Positions 19,286 through 29,452 are shown, counted from the first letter of the stretch. The stretch is DNA of 64,000 nucleotides from Akkermansiaceae bacterium (GCA_947462835.1 CANHQM010000006.1:52115-116114), one strand, 5' to 3'. Translations and numbers: made by a program. Notes: a model not told the origin generated them from the letters alone.

Positions 19286-20179
19286 ATGCTGACCGAGCAA
19301 CAGATCGAGGAAATGATGGCGCGCGTGCGCCGTCTGGAACTCAAGGCGCGGCGGCTCGTGCGCGAGTCGTTTTCCGGCGAATACCTTTCGTCATTCCGCG
19401 GCCAAGGACTCGATTTCGATGACTTCCGCGAGTACCAGCACGGCGATGAAGTTCGCTTCATCGACTGGAATGTCACCGCCCGCATGAACCAACCCTTCGT
19501 GCGGAAATTTCGCGAAGAGCGCGAGCTCAGCGTGATCCTCGCGGTCGATGTCTCGGGCTCGACGGTCTACGGCAGCGAATCAATGAGCAAACGCGAGATC
19601 GCCGCCGAAGCGGCCGCGACCATCGGCTTCAGCGCGCTCAACAATGGCGACAAGGTTGGCCTGCTGATCTTTGCGGAAGAACCAATCCTCTTCATCCCAC
19701 CAGAAAAGGGCACTCGCCACCTGCTGCGCATGATCCGCGAAATCCTCGTCGCAGATCCGCAAAACCCCGCCACATCGATCGCTGCCGCATCGGATTTCCT
19801 CGTCCGCACGCTGCGCCGCAAGTCGCTCGTTTTCCTGATCTCCGACTTCATCGCGCCAGAACTCGACCGACCGCTTGGCAAGCTCTCACGCAAACACGAA
19901 ACCATCGCCCTCCGCATCACCGACCCGCTCGAATCAAAACTCCCACGCGCCGGCAAGGTCGTGCTGATCGATCCCGAAACAGGCCTGCAGTCACTCATCA
20001 ACACCAACAACCCGAACCTGCGCATGGGCTACGAAAAACTCACGCAACGACAAAACGAAGGCATCGAGAACTGCTTCAAAAAATACGCGATCGATTCAGC
20101 CACACTCGATACCCGCCACGACACCCTGCTCGGGCTTCATCGCATGCTCAAAAAACGCGCCCGCAAACGATCCCGCTGA
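19286..20179 (+). CDS. DUF58 (vWA-like) protein
   Basis: DFREYQHGDEVRFIDWNVTAR signature followed by a vWA-like fold. Classic MoxR partner. Confidence 0.85.
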   Translation: MLTEQQIEEMMARVRRLELKARRLVRESFSGEYLSSFRGQGLDFDDFREYQHGDEVRFIDWNVTARMNQPFVRKFREERELSVILAVDVSGSTVYGSESMSKREIAAEAAATIGFSALNNGDKVGLLIFAEEPILFIPPEKGTRHLLRMIREILVADPQNPATSIAAASDFLVRTLRRKSLVFLISDFIAPELDRPLGKLSRKHETIALRITDPLESKLPRAGKVVLIDPETGLQSLINTNNPNLRMGYEKLTQRQNEGIENCFKKYAIDSATLDTRHDTLLGLHRMLKKRARKRSR

Positions 20180-20691
20180 TGCCGGAAACCACTCCAAGCA
20201 AAAAATTTCAGCTGATGGAATCAAGCTCGGTCGAGGCCTTGATCCCCAAAGCCGAAACGCCATGGCTGTGGATCGCCATCGGCGCGGTGCTGTTGGTGGC
20301 ATTGATCGTTTGGCTGATCCGCCGACGCCTAAAACGCGCGACGGATCCGGCAAGCATTCGCGAAGCGGCGTTCAAGGACGCCATCGCCGCCCTCGATGCG
20401 ATCTCACTTAGCGACGCACACGCGGCCGCTCTGGAGTCTTCGATGATCCTTCGCAAGTACCTCTCGATCACCGCCGAAGATCCCGCCCTCTTTGAAACGC
20501 ACGAGGAATTTGTCTCGCGTCACGACGCCTTGCAAAAAATTCCGCAGTCCACACGCGATGAAGTCGCCGCAATCTTCAGCCGCCTCGCGACCATCAAGTA
20601 CGCGCCCGATGCGGCAAATGCGAACGCCGAAACAATCGTCGGCGACTCGCGCCAACTCCTTCACGCACTACGCGCCGCACTCGCCCCATGA
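20179..20691 (+). CDS. single-TM DUF4381-like protein of Bat operons
   Basis: TGATG overlap with the DUF58 gene. One TM (WLWIAIGAVLLVALIVWLI) followed by a helical tail ending in KYAP. Position in the operon is typical. Confidence 0.6.
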   Translation: MPETTPSKKFQLMESSSVEALIPKAETPWLWIAIGAVLLVALIVWLIRRRLKRATDPASIREAAFKDAIAALDAISLSDAHAAALESSMILRKYLSITAEDPALFETHEEFVSRHDALQKIPQSTRDEVAAIFSRLATIKYAPDAANANAETIVGDSRQLLHALRAALAP

Positions 20692-21704
20692 GTGAGTTCC
20701 TAAGTCATTTCCGTTTCAACCAACCGGCGTGGCTCTTGCTCACGCTACCACTCCTGCTCGCCCTTTTTCTGAGGCGCGGCCGCGGTGCCGAAGCGGCGGT
20801 GACATTTCCCAACCTGTCGATCCTCATGAGCCTCGGCCGACAGGTGCGCGAAACCGCCGGCGGCATCAGCCTGCCCCTCGCCGCAATCGCCCTGCTCTTC
20901 GCCATCTTCGCCATGGCTCGCCCGGTTTGGAGAAACGAATACCAAAGCCGCAGCGCAAGCGGCATCGACATCATGATCGCACTCGATGTCTCGCTCTCGA
21001 TGGACATCGATGACTTCGTCGACGAAGGTCAGCGCGCGAAACGCATCGATGTCGCAAAAGCGGTGGTCGATGACTTCATCAGCCGCCGACCCGACGACCG
21101 CATGGGCCTCGTCGCCTTCGCCGGACGCCCGCGCGACGCCAGCCCGATCACTCTCGATCACAAATGGCTGCGCCGCGCACTCGACGAGCTCCGCCTCAAT
21201 GATCAATTCGAGCGCGGCACAGTGAAGGAACAAGGCACCGCCATCGGATCCGCACTCGCCGCCGCTGCCTCGCGACTCGATGCTCGCGACGCAAAAAGCA
21301 AAATCATCCTCCTCATCACCGATGGCGCAAGCAACTCGGGAAAAATCTCACCAGTCGAAGCGGCCGAACACGCAAAGACACTCGGCATCAAAATTTACAC
21401 GATCGCGATCGGCACCAAAGAAGGCCGCGTCGACCGCAGCATCATGCGGTTTCCCTACCAGGAATTCGACATCCCAACGCTCAAGAAAATCGCCTCCCTC
21501 ACCGGCGGCGAACACTACTGGGCACAAAACCTCAAATCGCTGCGCGAAACATTCACGACCATCAACCAACTCGAAAAAACCGAAGCCCGCAGCCTCACGA
21601 TCATCGATGACCGCGAGCTGTTCCATTGGTTCATGATTCCATCGCTCATCGCAGCACTCGCCTGCGCCGCCCGGCTTGCTTTCAATCCACCTCCCACCGC
21701 CTGA
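20688..21704 (+). CDS. batA: BatA-type membrane vWA protein
   Basis: ATGA overlap with the upstream gene. N-terminal TMs, vWA MIDAS DVSLSM, ILLITDGASN, and a C-terminal TM. Confidence 0.8.
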   Translation: MSEFLSHFRFNQPAWLLLTLPLLLALFLRRGRGAEAAVTFPNLSILMSLGRQVRETAGGISLPLAAIALLFAIFAMARPVWRNEYQSRSASGIDIMIALDVSLSMDIDDFVDEGQRAKRIDVAKAVVDDFISRRPDDRMGLVAFAGRPRDASPITLDHKWLRRALDELRLNDQFERGTVKEQGTAIGSALAAAASRLDARDAKSKIILLITDGASNSGKISPVEAAEHAKTLGIKIYTIAIGTKEGRVDRSIMRFPYQEFDIPTLKKIASLTGGEHYWAQNLKSLRETFTTINQLEKTEARSLTIIDDRELFHWFMIPSLIAALACAARLAFNPPPTA

Positions 21705-21710
21705 TACGAT

Positions 21711-23654
21711 TTGAACCTCGCCCATCCAGCATGGCTCTTCGCGTTGGCACTGCCACTGATCTTGGCAGTGCTCGCGGTCGTGATCGCACGCTTGCGCCGC
21801 TCGCAATGGCAGGCCTTTGCCGCCGATCGCTTGCGACCGATTCTCATCAAACGCCGCAGCCCGGTCGTGCGTTGGATCTCATTTTCACTGCTGCTACTCG
21901 CCTGCATCAGTCTCGTCATCGCTCTCGCCCGCCCCCTCGAAAAGGCCGGCACCCGCGAGGAAAAAATCCTAAGCCGCAATGTCCTCATCGCCCTCGACCT
22001 CTCACGCAGCATGCGAGTCCAGGATGTGAAGCCCGACCGCCTCTCGCGCGCAAAAATCGCGATCTACGAACTGCTCGAAGAACTCCCCAATGAGCGCGTC
22101 GGCATCATCGGCTTCGCCGGCAGCGCGTATGTTTATGCACCCCTCACCGTCGACCATGCCGCCGTCCGCCAAACAGTCGAGCAGATCGATGAAAACTGGG
22201 CAACCATCGGCGGATCCAACCTCAAGGATGCAGTCGAGCTGGCCATCGACACACTCAAGAAAACCGGACAAAAACAAAACGCGCTCGTCATCTTCAGCGA
22301 TGGAGAAAAACACGACGGATCGCTCGACGAAATCGCCAGCGAAGCGAAATTGGCCGGCGTCAACATCCTCGCCATCGGTATCGGCACGGAAAATGGTGAC
22401 TATGTTCCGAACTCCGATTTTCCCGGCAACCGCATGATCGATGAAAACGGTCAGCCAGTCATCAGCCGCCTGCAACCTGAGGTCCTGCGCAATCTTGCCG
22501 AGGCCACCAACGGAAAATACGCCGCCGCCGGATCAGGCGACGATATCGCATCGCTGGTGAAAACCTCGGTCAAGGAACTCGACACCTTCGAAATGGAAGG
22601 CCGCCAGCGCGAAATTTCCATCGAGTACTACCAATGGTTCCTGCTGCCGGCGATCGTGTTCCTCTTTGCCTCAATCATCATCGGCACTCGCTGGCGTGGT
22701 GTTGGCAAGGTTGCCGCCACACTCGCAATTTTTCTGATGCCCGATTCCTCGCAAGCAGATGATGCGAAGGACGCGGCACGATTCCTTTCGGAAAAAAATT
22801 TCTCCGCCGCCGCACAGACTTACCGCAAACTCGCCAAGGAATCCCAATCATCGAATCTCCGCTCGCGATACCACCTCGGCGAAGGCATCGCCTCCCTGCG
22901 CGATGGCTCCTTCAAATCCGCGCGCTCGGCATTCAGCAAATCACTCGACGTCAACAATCCCGATGTCCTCGCCGAAGCCCACCTCGGCATGGCCAACTCG
23001 CTCTTCCAACTCGGCTGGCTGGAACTCGCGGGATCCGCTTACCCGCAAGACCCCAAATCATCGCCCGACATGGCGCAGTTCGACCAACTCGTTCGCACTC
23101 GCTTGAAAATACTCGCCGCTGCGAAAGAGGACGGCGAGGTGGAAAAAATCGAAGCACTGATCACCAACTGGACGGATGCCGTGCGCCATTTCGATTCGGC
23201 CATTTCCAACATGCCCGCTAACAACGCCGCGACAAACAACAGGCAGATGACGATTACCTATCTCAAGCGCCTCCGCGAACTGCTCGAAGAGGAAAAAGAA
23301 AAGACCGAGCAAAACATGCCAATGCCACAACCCGGTGGCGAAGGCGAATCACAACCGGACGAAGGCGATGGCGATCCGGATGAAAAGCAGGACGGCAACC
23401 AACAAAACAAAGACTCGAAATCACCCGGCGACAAAGGCGACGAAAAACGCGAAAAGAAGGACGGCTCGAACGGCAAAGAACCGAAGCCAAAGGACGATCC
23501 CGGCAAGGAGAAGAACAAGGGCGAGAAACCCGAAGATCCGAACGAGACCCCCGAAAAACGCGCACGTCGCATCCTCAAAGACAGCGCCGACCTCGAAAAA
23601 GGCCCGCTCACGCCGGGACAAGTCGAATTCAACCCACCCGCCAAAGATTGGTAA
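21711..23654 (+). CDS. batB: BatB-type membrane vWA protein fused to a BatC-like TPR region and a K/E/D/P-rich tail
   Basis: TTG start. TMs, vWA DLSRSM and LVIFSDGEKHDG, a mid TM, then a TPR-like region and a charged low-complexity C-terminus (about 23290-23600). Confidence 0.75.
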   Translation: MNLAHPAWLFALALPLILAVLAVVIARLRRSQWQAFAADRLRPILIKRRSPVVRWISFSLLLLACISLVIALARPLEKAGTREEKILSRNVLIALDLSRSMRVQDVKPDRLSRAKIAIYELLEELPNERVGIIGFAGSAYVYAPLTVDHAAVRQTVEQIDENWATIGGSNLKDAVELAIDTLKKTGQKQNALVIFSDGEKHDGSLDEIASEAKLAGVNILAIGIGTENGDYVPNSDFPGNRMIDENGQPVISRLQPEVLRNLAEATNGKYAAAGSGDDIASLVKTSVKELDTFEMEGRQREISIEYYQWFLLPAIVFLFASIIIGTRWRGVGKVAATLAIFLMPDSSQADDAKDAARFLSEKNFSAAAQTYRKLAKESQSSNLRSRYHLGEGIASLRDGSFKSARSAFSKSLDVNNPDVLAEAHLGMANSLFQLGWLELAGSAYPQDPKSSPDMAQFDQLVRTRLKILAAAKEDGEVEKIEALITNWTDAVRHFDSAISNMPANNAATNNRQMTITYLKRLRELLEEEKEKTEQNMPMPQPGGEGESQPDEGDGDPDEKQDGNQQNKDSKSPGDKGDEKREKKDGSNGKEPKPKDDPGKEKNKGEKPEDPNETPEKRARRILKDSADLEKGPLTPGQVEFNPPAKDW

Positions 23655-23658
23655 CACC

Positions 23659-26097
23659 ATGAGAGCGATTCAACACCTCACGATCATCACTGCCGCGATC
23701 ATCACCACGCTCGCCGCCACACCGATCGCATCGGCCGAAGCGCTCAGCCGCCTGTCATCGAGATTCCTCACCCGAGGCGAACAGGCATTGCTGGAAGTTT
23801 GCATCTCGGGTGCAACCCCCAGCTCAACTCCTCAAATTCCAAACATCCCCGGCGTGCAAATCACCGCCACCAACCGCGGTGCACAAACCCGACTCCTCCC
23901 CGGCCGAAAACTCGAATATGTTTTTGAATTCATGGTCACTTCCTACGAGATCGGCAACTTCACCATTCCATCGATCGAGGTGAATGCCGGCGGCATCCGA
24001 TCAAAAACAGAACCACTCGAATTTTCCGTTTTCAATCCCGACGAATTGAAATGGTCGGAAGCCATAATCGGCGGACGCAGCGTGCGCTACGCCAGCGCCT
24101 TCAAGGTGATGAACGATCAACCTTACGACGGCGAAACTATCCCCATCGAAATCAAACTCTTCGTACCACGCGACCTGTTTGTCGAAGACTGGGGCATCCC
24201 CGATTTCATCCGCGACGGACTCACCTGTTGGCGTTTCCAACCCTCGCAAATGCGCGGCTATGTGAACTTGCTCGGCGTGCCCTGCGTCTCGGTCGCCTAC
24301 CCGAGCACACTCACCGCCACCCGCAGCGGCTCGATCGGCATCGGGCCCGCAAGCATCCGACTCGTCACCACACAAATGGTCCTCGATGGCTACCCGCGAC
24401 GGGTCAACCTCGAAACCAATGTCTCGGTTCCCGAGCTGCGACTCAATGCACGCCCGCTGCCACCCAACGCACCGCAGGGGTTTGAAAACGCGGTCGGAAA
24501 TTTCAATATCTCGGCGATGGTCAGCCAAACTGAAGTCACAGAAGGCGATCCGATTCCGGTCGAAATCATCGTCAGCGGCAGCGGCAACCTCGATACGGTC
24601 CGCCCGCCAAAACCGATCGATCCGGACGGATGGAAAATTTACGATGCCTCACCCGCCCAGCGCGGCGATGAACGCCGCGAGCTCTCAGGCCAAACGGTCT
24701 TCCAGCAATTCATGCGACCACTCGAACTAAAATCCGCACTGCCAGGATTCAAGCTCGTTTACTTCGACCCGAAAAAACAAAGCTACGAAACGGTCACCAC
24801 CGCGCCCACGCCGCTGCAAATGAAACCAGCGCCACAAACCACCCAAGCGCCGGCGCCGGGCACGCCACCACCTGCGGCCGATACGCCTGTCGAACGCATG
24901 ACCGATATCCTCGGCATCATCGATTCCCCCAACACAGCTCAAGCGTCAGGCAAAACATTTCCAAATTGGCTGCTCCACGCGATCGCCGGATTCATCGCCG
25001 CGATCCTCGTCATCAAGGCCATCGCCATGCGCCTGCAACTACGCCACCCGCATGACCCAGCAAAAAAACAACGCCACAAGGAACTCAAAGAACTTGAGCG
25101 CATGAAAGCCGACGACCGGATTTCCTTCCTGCTCGCGGCAGGACATTTCATCGAACGCCAACTCGGCAATCAGCACACACCCGAACTCCAAGCGATCCTC
25201 GCGGAGCGTGACGCGGAATGCTTCAAGCCCAAACCATCCGCCACCCCCATCGATCGCTCGCAACGCGAATCGATTCTCAAAACGCTTCGCAAAGCGGCAC
25301 TCGCATGGATCGCACTCACGATGCTCGGCACGACCCCACATGCGGATGCGGCAGAAATCGCCAACAACGCAAAAACTGCCTACGACACAGCGCGCTACTC
25401 CGAAGCGGCAAAACTTTGGCTCGAATCCGCTCCCTACGAATCACTCACGCCCGACACCCACTACAACATCGGCAACGCATGCTATCGCGGCAACTCACCG
25501 GGCAACGCCGCCCTCTATTACCGCCGCGCACTCAACCTCGACCCACAACACGCCGAGGCCCGCCAAAACCTGCGCTTCATCGAACGAAAATACGGCTCCA
25601 TCACCATCAACCGCCCCGCCTTTCAAACGACCCTCACGCGCATTTCAATCGACACATGGAAAAACCTGCTGTGGTCGGGCCTCTGGATTTTTGCCCTCTC
25701 GCTGCTTACCATCGTCGCCACCAGACGCAGCTCGTCCGCTCGCTACTTTGCCACCGTCGGCCTGATCCTCGGACCGATACTCGCCTTCTGCGCCACATTC
25801 GCATGGCGCGCTTATCCGAAGGACGGCGAATTCGCCAAAGACAAACTGCAAGCCGTGATCATCCACGAAAACGCCACGCTCCACAGCGAGGCATCCCGCA
25901 CTTCGCCCGAAGTGATCGACGCCCCACCCGGCTCGCTCTGCACGATCCTTCACCAATCAGGCCGCTGGTCGTATGTCGGCTTTGCCACGAAAACCCGCGG
26001 ATGGATCCCCAACGACATGATCGAAAAAGTCCTGCCCGATTCACCGCCGAAAGCGCCGGAGTTCCGCAAGCCGAAGGCAAACGACAAATCGGCCTGA
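23659..26097 (+). CDS. batD: BatD-like oxygen-tolerance protein fused to a BatE-like TPR + TM + SH3 region
   Basis: Signal peptide MRAIQHLTIITAAIITTLAATPIASA (ATG 23659 verified). BatD-like beta-rich ectodomain, TMs, TPR (YNIGNACY..ALYYRRAL) and a C-terminal SH3-like GRWSYVGFATKTRGWIP. The ORF extension back to 23335 is rejected. Confidence 0.7.
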   Translation: MRAIQHLTIITAAIITTLAATPIASAEALSRLSSRFLTRGEQALLEVCISGATPSSTPQIPNIPGVQITATNRGAQTRLLPGRKLEYVFEFMVTSYEIGNFTIPSIEVNAGGIRSKTEPLEFSVFNPDELKWSEAIIGGRSVRYASAFKVMNDQPYDGETIPIEIKLFVPRDLFVEDWGIPDFIRDGLTCWRFQPSQMRGYVNLLGVPCVSVAYPSTLTATRSGSIGIGPASIRLVTTQMVLDGYPRRVNLETNVSVPELRLNARPLPPNAPQGFENAVGNFNISAMVSQTEVTEGDPIPVEIIVSGSGNLDTVRPPKPIDPDGWKIYDASPAQRGDERRELSGQTVFQQFMRPLELKSALPGFKLVYFDPKKQSYETVTTAPTPLQMKPAPQTTQAPAPGTPPPAADTPVERMTDILGIIDSPNTAQASGKTFPNWLLHAIAGFIAAILVIKAIAMRLQLRHPHDPAKKQRHKELKELERMKADDRISFLLAAGHFIERQLGNQHTPELQAILAERDAECFKPKPSATPIDRSQRESILKTLRKAALAWIALTMLGTTPHADAAEIANNAKTAYDTARYSEAAKLWLESAPYESLTPDTHYNIGNACYRGNSPGNAALYYRRALNLDPQHAEARQNLRFIERKYGSITINRPAFQTTLTRISIDTWKNLLWSGLWIFALSLLTIVATRRSSSARYFATVGLILGPILAFCATFAWRAYPKDGEFAKDKLQAVIIHENATLHSEASRTSPEVIDAPPGSLCTILHQSGRWSYVGFATKTRGWIPNDMIEKVLPDSPPKAPEFRKPKANDKSA

Positions 26098-26122
26098 TCG
26101 ATCGAAAAAATTCTCAAGCCCC

Positions 26123-27133
26123 TCAACCGAAGGCCTTGAGAAATCCGACCTCCATCGCCAGCGACTCGGAGGCATTGGTCTCCAAGGTGCGCCTCAATTC
26201 GTCCAGCGCCTCCATGCGCCTCAACAGCCGGGTCTCGCTTTCCTTTTGCGCCACCGCACGCAAGGCCTCGGCCGATGCCGGGAAATCCAATCCGCACGAA
26301 CCAGTCCGCAATCTCAAAAGATCAGCCATCCACGCCATCAAAACATCGAAGAGCCGGCTTCTCACATGCTGATACTCGACCTCGACCGATGCCTTGTGGT
26401 GATCCGCCCGCTCTTTGAGCCAAGCCCCATCCGTGCCGTCACGATAAGTCGCGATTTCTTCTTTCTCAGCCGCCTTGGCCGCATCCTCAGCCTGCTCGCG
26501 CCGCTCTTCCAAAAAACCAACGAAGGCCGACTTCATTTGCAAAGCCGCAACCGGCGTGCCAAAACCTTTCGACGCGGCACGGTTCAACGCCGCCACCAAC
26601 TCCGCTCCTCCATCCTCCAACATCGCCCTTCCACCCGTCAGCTGCATCCGCACACAACGCGATAAAATTGTCGGCAACAAGCGCTGCGGATTATGCGTCA
26701 GCAGCAACAGCAAGGTGTTGCGCGCCGGCTCTTCGAGTGTCTTGAGAAAGGCATTCGAGGCCTGATCCGACATGCGGTCGGCATCGACAATGACACCCAC
26801 CTTGTAAGTCCCGGCAGGCGCCGCCAAATGCAGGGTTTCTTCCAAATTGCGAATTTCATCAATGCCGATGCGCCGCGATTTCATCCGCGGACGCAGAATC
26901 CGCACCCAGCTGTTTTCCAACTCATCCAAAGGCGGCACTTCCTCAACCACCGGCTCGCCAAACAAATCCATTCCGCCGGACTCACCCGACCCGTTGAGCA
27001 TGCGCACGATCTTTGCCGCAAGCTGCTCTTTGCCCGAACCCTGCGCGCCGCTGATCATGAAGGCATGCGCCAAGCGCCCCCGCTCATGCGCGGAGGAAAT
27101 GAGTTCAAATGCGCGATCCGACGAAAATGCCAT
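26123..27133 (-). CDS. holB: DNA polymerase III delta-prime subunit
   Basis: HAFMISGAQGSGKEQLA P-loop-like block, IVDADRMSDQASNAFLKTLEEP and TILSRC motifs. Confidence 0.8.
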   Translation of the reverse strand: MAFSSDRAFELISSAHERGRLAHAFMISGAQGSGKEQLAAKIVRMLNGSGESGGMDLFGEPVVEEVPPLDELENSWVRILRPRMKSRRIGIDEIRNLEETLHLAAPAGTYKVGVIVDADRMSDQASNAFLKTLEEPARNTLLLLLTHNPQRLLPTILSRCVRMQLTGGRAMLEDGGAELVAALNRAASKGFGTPVAALQMKSAFVGFLEERREQAEDAAKAAEKEEIATYRDGTDGAWLKERADHHKASVEVEYQHVRSRLFDVLMAWMADLLRLRTGSCGLDFPASAEALRAVAQKESETRLLRRMEALDELRRTLETNASESLAMEVGFLKAFG

Positions 27134-27228
27134 CCGCCGCCATGCTCGCCAGCCATGCCCTCGCGCGCAATCCGAAATCCGAATGTCCGACCACTTGCCA
27201 AAAGCTCAATCCGCGGCTATCGAGCGCC

Positions 27229-27744
27229 ATGACTTGGAACGAACAATTTCTCCACCTCTTCGACACCTGCACCACGCGCTACCAAAATGACGAGAAGGAT
27301 TACCAAACATGGTTCAGCGCCGGAGACCTCCAACTGCTCGAAGAAATCGGTTACAAGACCCGCGAGTTTTTCGACTTCGTCGAGGACTTCTGCGACAAAC
27401 AAAATCCCGCGCCCTCCACGGCCCTGCTCATCGCCGCCGTCCGACGCGATTATTTCCACACCATCCAGAAACGCAAAAAAAGCGACAAAACCCTCACCCG
27501 TGACGAGCTACCCACCTTCGGCGACACCCTCAACGACATCGCCTACCTCCCGCGCATCCTCACCAAGGCCCGCGCCAAACTCCGCGGCGAACTCGACCCG
27601 GACCTGATGTACAGCTGCGGCGGTGACCTCAATTTCCTCAAAAACAACGGCGATATCCACCCGGCCGACTTCCTCCGCCAGGTCTGGGCCGCCGGAGATG
27701 ATGACCAAAAGCTCGCCAGCTGGGTCGCCGCCCAGGCCTGCTGA
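27229..27744 (+). CDS. hypothetical protein, possibly DUF5069-like
   Basis: Contains LPRILTKARAKLRGELDPDLMYSCGGD, remembered as characteristic of DUF5069; this is weak recall-based evidence. ATG 27229 verified in frame. Confidence 0.4.
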   Translation: MTWNEQFLHLFDTCTTRYQNDEKDYQTWFSAGDLQLLEEIGYKTREFFDFVEDFCDKQNPAPSTALLIAAVRRDYFHTIQKRKKSDKTLTRDELPTFGDTLNDIAYLPRILTKARAKLRGELDPDLMYSCGGDLNFLKNNGDIHPADFLRQVWAAGDDDQKLASWVAAQAC

Positions 27745-27803
27745 AACCACTTGCGCACCCGTCCCTCACCCCCTAGCTTCCCCAGCCCCACACCCCACAC
27801 CCC

Positions 27804-28367
27804 ATGGCCAGCACACCCGTCATCAATCTTCGCAAAGGACACGCCGTCCGTCACAACAACGAAATCTGCCTCGTCGTCGACCACGAACTCAAGACGCCCC
27901 CACGCATGGCGTCCTATGTCCAAATGTCGATCCGCAGCGTCGCGACCAAAAAAATCTTCAACCTCCGCCTTACCTCCAACGACTCGCTCGAAGGCGTCGT
28001 GCTCGAGCGCACCCCGCACGAGTATTCCTACAAGGACAGCAGCGGTTACCATTTCCTCGACCCCAACACCTACGAAGACGCCGTGGTCTATGATGACCTC
28101 ATCGAAGGAGTGAAGAATTACCTCATCGAGGGCCAACTCTACACTCTCCTCATCGCCGACGGCAGCGTGGTCTCGGTCGACCTCCCGCTCACCATGACCA
28201 TGACCGTCACGGAATCCTCCGAAGGCGTGAAAGGTGACTCGGCCAACAATGTTTACAAACCGGCCACCATGGAAACCGGCCTGGTCGTCCAGGTCCCGCT
28301 CTTCATCAATGTCGGCGAAAAAATCAACGTGAAGACCGAGGACAATTCCTACCTCGGCCGCGCCTGA
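27804..28367 (+). CDS. efp: elongation factor P family protein with Arg at the loop tip
   Basis: Three-domain EF-P pattern with GVKGDSANNVYKPATMETG and VPLFINVGEKI blocks. The loop reads KTPPRMAS where E. coli has KPGKGQA. Confidence 0.85.
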   Translation: MASTPVINLRKGHAVRHNNEICLVVDHELKTPPRMASYVQMSIRSVATKKIFNLRLTSNDSLEGVVLERTPHEYSYKDSSGYHFLDPNTYEDAVVYDDLIEGVKNYLIEGQLYTLLIADGSVVSVDLPLTMTMTVTESSEGVKGDSANNVYKPATMETGLVVQVPLFINVGEKINVKTEDNSYLGRA

Positions 28368-28417
28368 TCCATCGCGCGCCTATTTGGTGCGCCTCCCAAG
28401 ATCATAAAAATTCACGC

Positions 28418-28455
28418 AAGGGCACCCTTCTCCAGAGGGGTGCCCTTTTGCTTTC
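28418..28455 (+). terminator. rho-independent terminator after efp
   Basis: Perfect 10-bp stem AAGGGCACCC / GGGTGCCCTT with a 10-nt loop, followed by TTGCTTTC. Confidence 0.65.
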
Positions 28456-28612
28456 TAGGGCAAGCAATGCCCAAAAATCCCGCTGTCAAAGGGGGCTGAA
28501 AGCCTGATTTTGCGGGAAAATCCACACAAACATGGGGATTTTCGCGCATTTATTTCATAAAAGTTGAAATTCAGTTGACATGAAACGAAATTTTTGAATT
28601 TCTGAGTGGGTC

Positions 28613-29383
28613 ATGAAACCCATCCGAATCATTGCAAGTTTGTTGATGGTGCTTTGCTACCCGCCCATGGCGCTTGCGCTCACGGGTCCGCAGCAGGAAG
28701 AGCAAGCCGCGTCGGCAGCCGCCATCCACACGGTCCGCCCTGGCGACAGCTTCGACAAAATCGCCCGCGCCAATGGCTGCACGATCGCCGAACTGGCCGC
28801 CGCCAACGGCCTGCAACTCGACGCCATCCTCCAACTCGGCCAGCAGCTGAAGCTGCCCAACGCTCCAGAGCCGACCACCACCCCGAATCAAACGGTCGAC
28901 GCTCCAGCGCCCATCGACGCTCCCACACACACGATTAAGGCCGGCGAAACATTCGCCAAAATCGCCAAGCAATACGAAGTTTCGATCGACTCGCTGATTA
29001 CCGCCAATCCGACTGTGAAACCCACCGCCCTGCGCCTGGGTCAAAAAATTCTTTTGCCCGCCACGAGCAAAACTTCGGTGCAAAACATGCCGGAAGAAAC
29101 AAACGAGACTGCAACAAACACCGAGACCAAGGCCAACAAAGAGCAAAGCCTGCCTACCAGTACCTCCAATGCCATGGATGAAAACGGCAACACCAACCCG
29201 ACTTTGACTCAACGCACCGCGCGCACCATTGCCACCGATCGCGAGATGACCTATGGCGAACTCGCCGCCCAATACGGCACCGAGACCGACCGGCTCAACT
29301 CGCTCAATGGACTCGACCTCCAGCCAAGCACGGTCGTCGTGAAAGGCGCCGATCTGCTGGTGCCTGTGAGCGTTGCGCCTTGA
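28613..29383 (+). CDS. secreted protein with three LysM domains
   Basis: Signal peptide IIASLLMVLCYPPMALA. LysM repeats HTVRPGDSFDKIA...LKLP, HTIKAGETFAKIA...ILLP and a third ending LLVP. Confidence 0.8.
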   Translation: MKPIRIIASLLMVLCYPPMALALTGPQQEEQAASAAAIHTVRPGDSFDKIARANGCTIAELAAANGLQLDAILQLGQQLKLPNAPEPTTTPNQTVDAPAPIDAPTHTIKAGETFAKIAKQYEVSIDSLITANPTVKPTALRLGQKILLPATSKTSVQNMPEETNETATNTETKANKEQSLPTSTSNAMDENGNTNPTLTQRTARTIATDREMTYGELAAQYGTETDRLNSLNGLDLQPSTVVVKGADLLVPVSVAP

Positions 29384-29452
29384 GGCCCAGTCGCCCGCTC
29401 TCAAGCGAATCCCGCTTGCCGCGCCAGAGCCGCACCACTAGGCTTTGGTCAA

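Noticed and set aside
23335-23658. N-terminal 108-aa extension of the BatD-like ORF
   Set aside because: The extension overlaps the 3' end of batB/C in another frame and encodes low-complexity K/R/T sequence. A clean signal peptide begins at the ATG at 23659.
25218-26372. 384-aa plus-strand ORF spanning the end of batD/E and holB antisense
   Set aside because: It is out of frame with BatD/E and antisense to holB. Its Arg/Pro/His-rich composition marks it as a GC-rich artefact.
28575-28603. Promoter for the LysM gene (TTGACA at 28575)
   Set aside because: The -35 hexamer is perfect, but no acceptable -10 hexamer lies 16-18 nt downstream (ATTTCT or TTTCTG), and the start codon is only about 10 nt further on. 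This is not strong enough to list as a feature.
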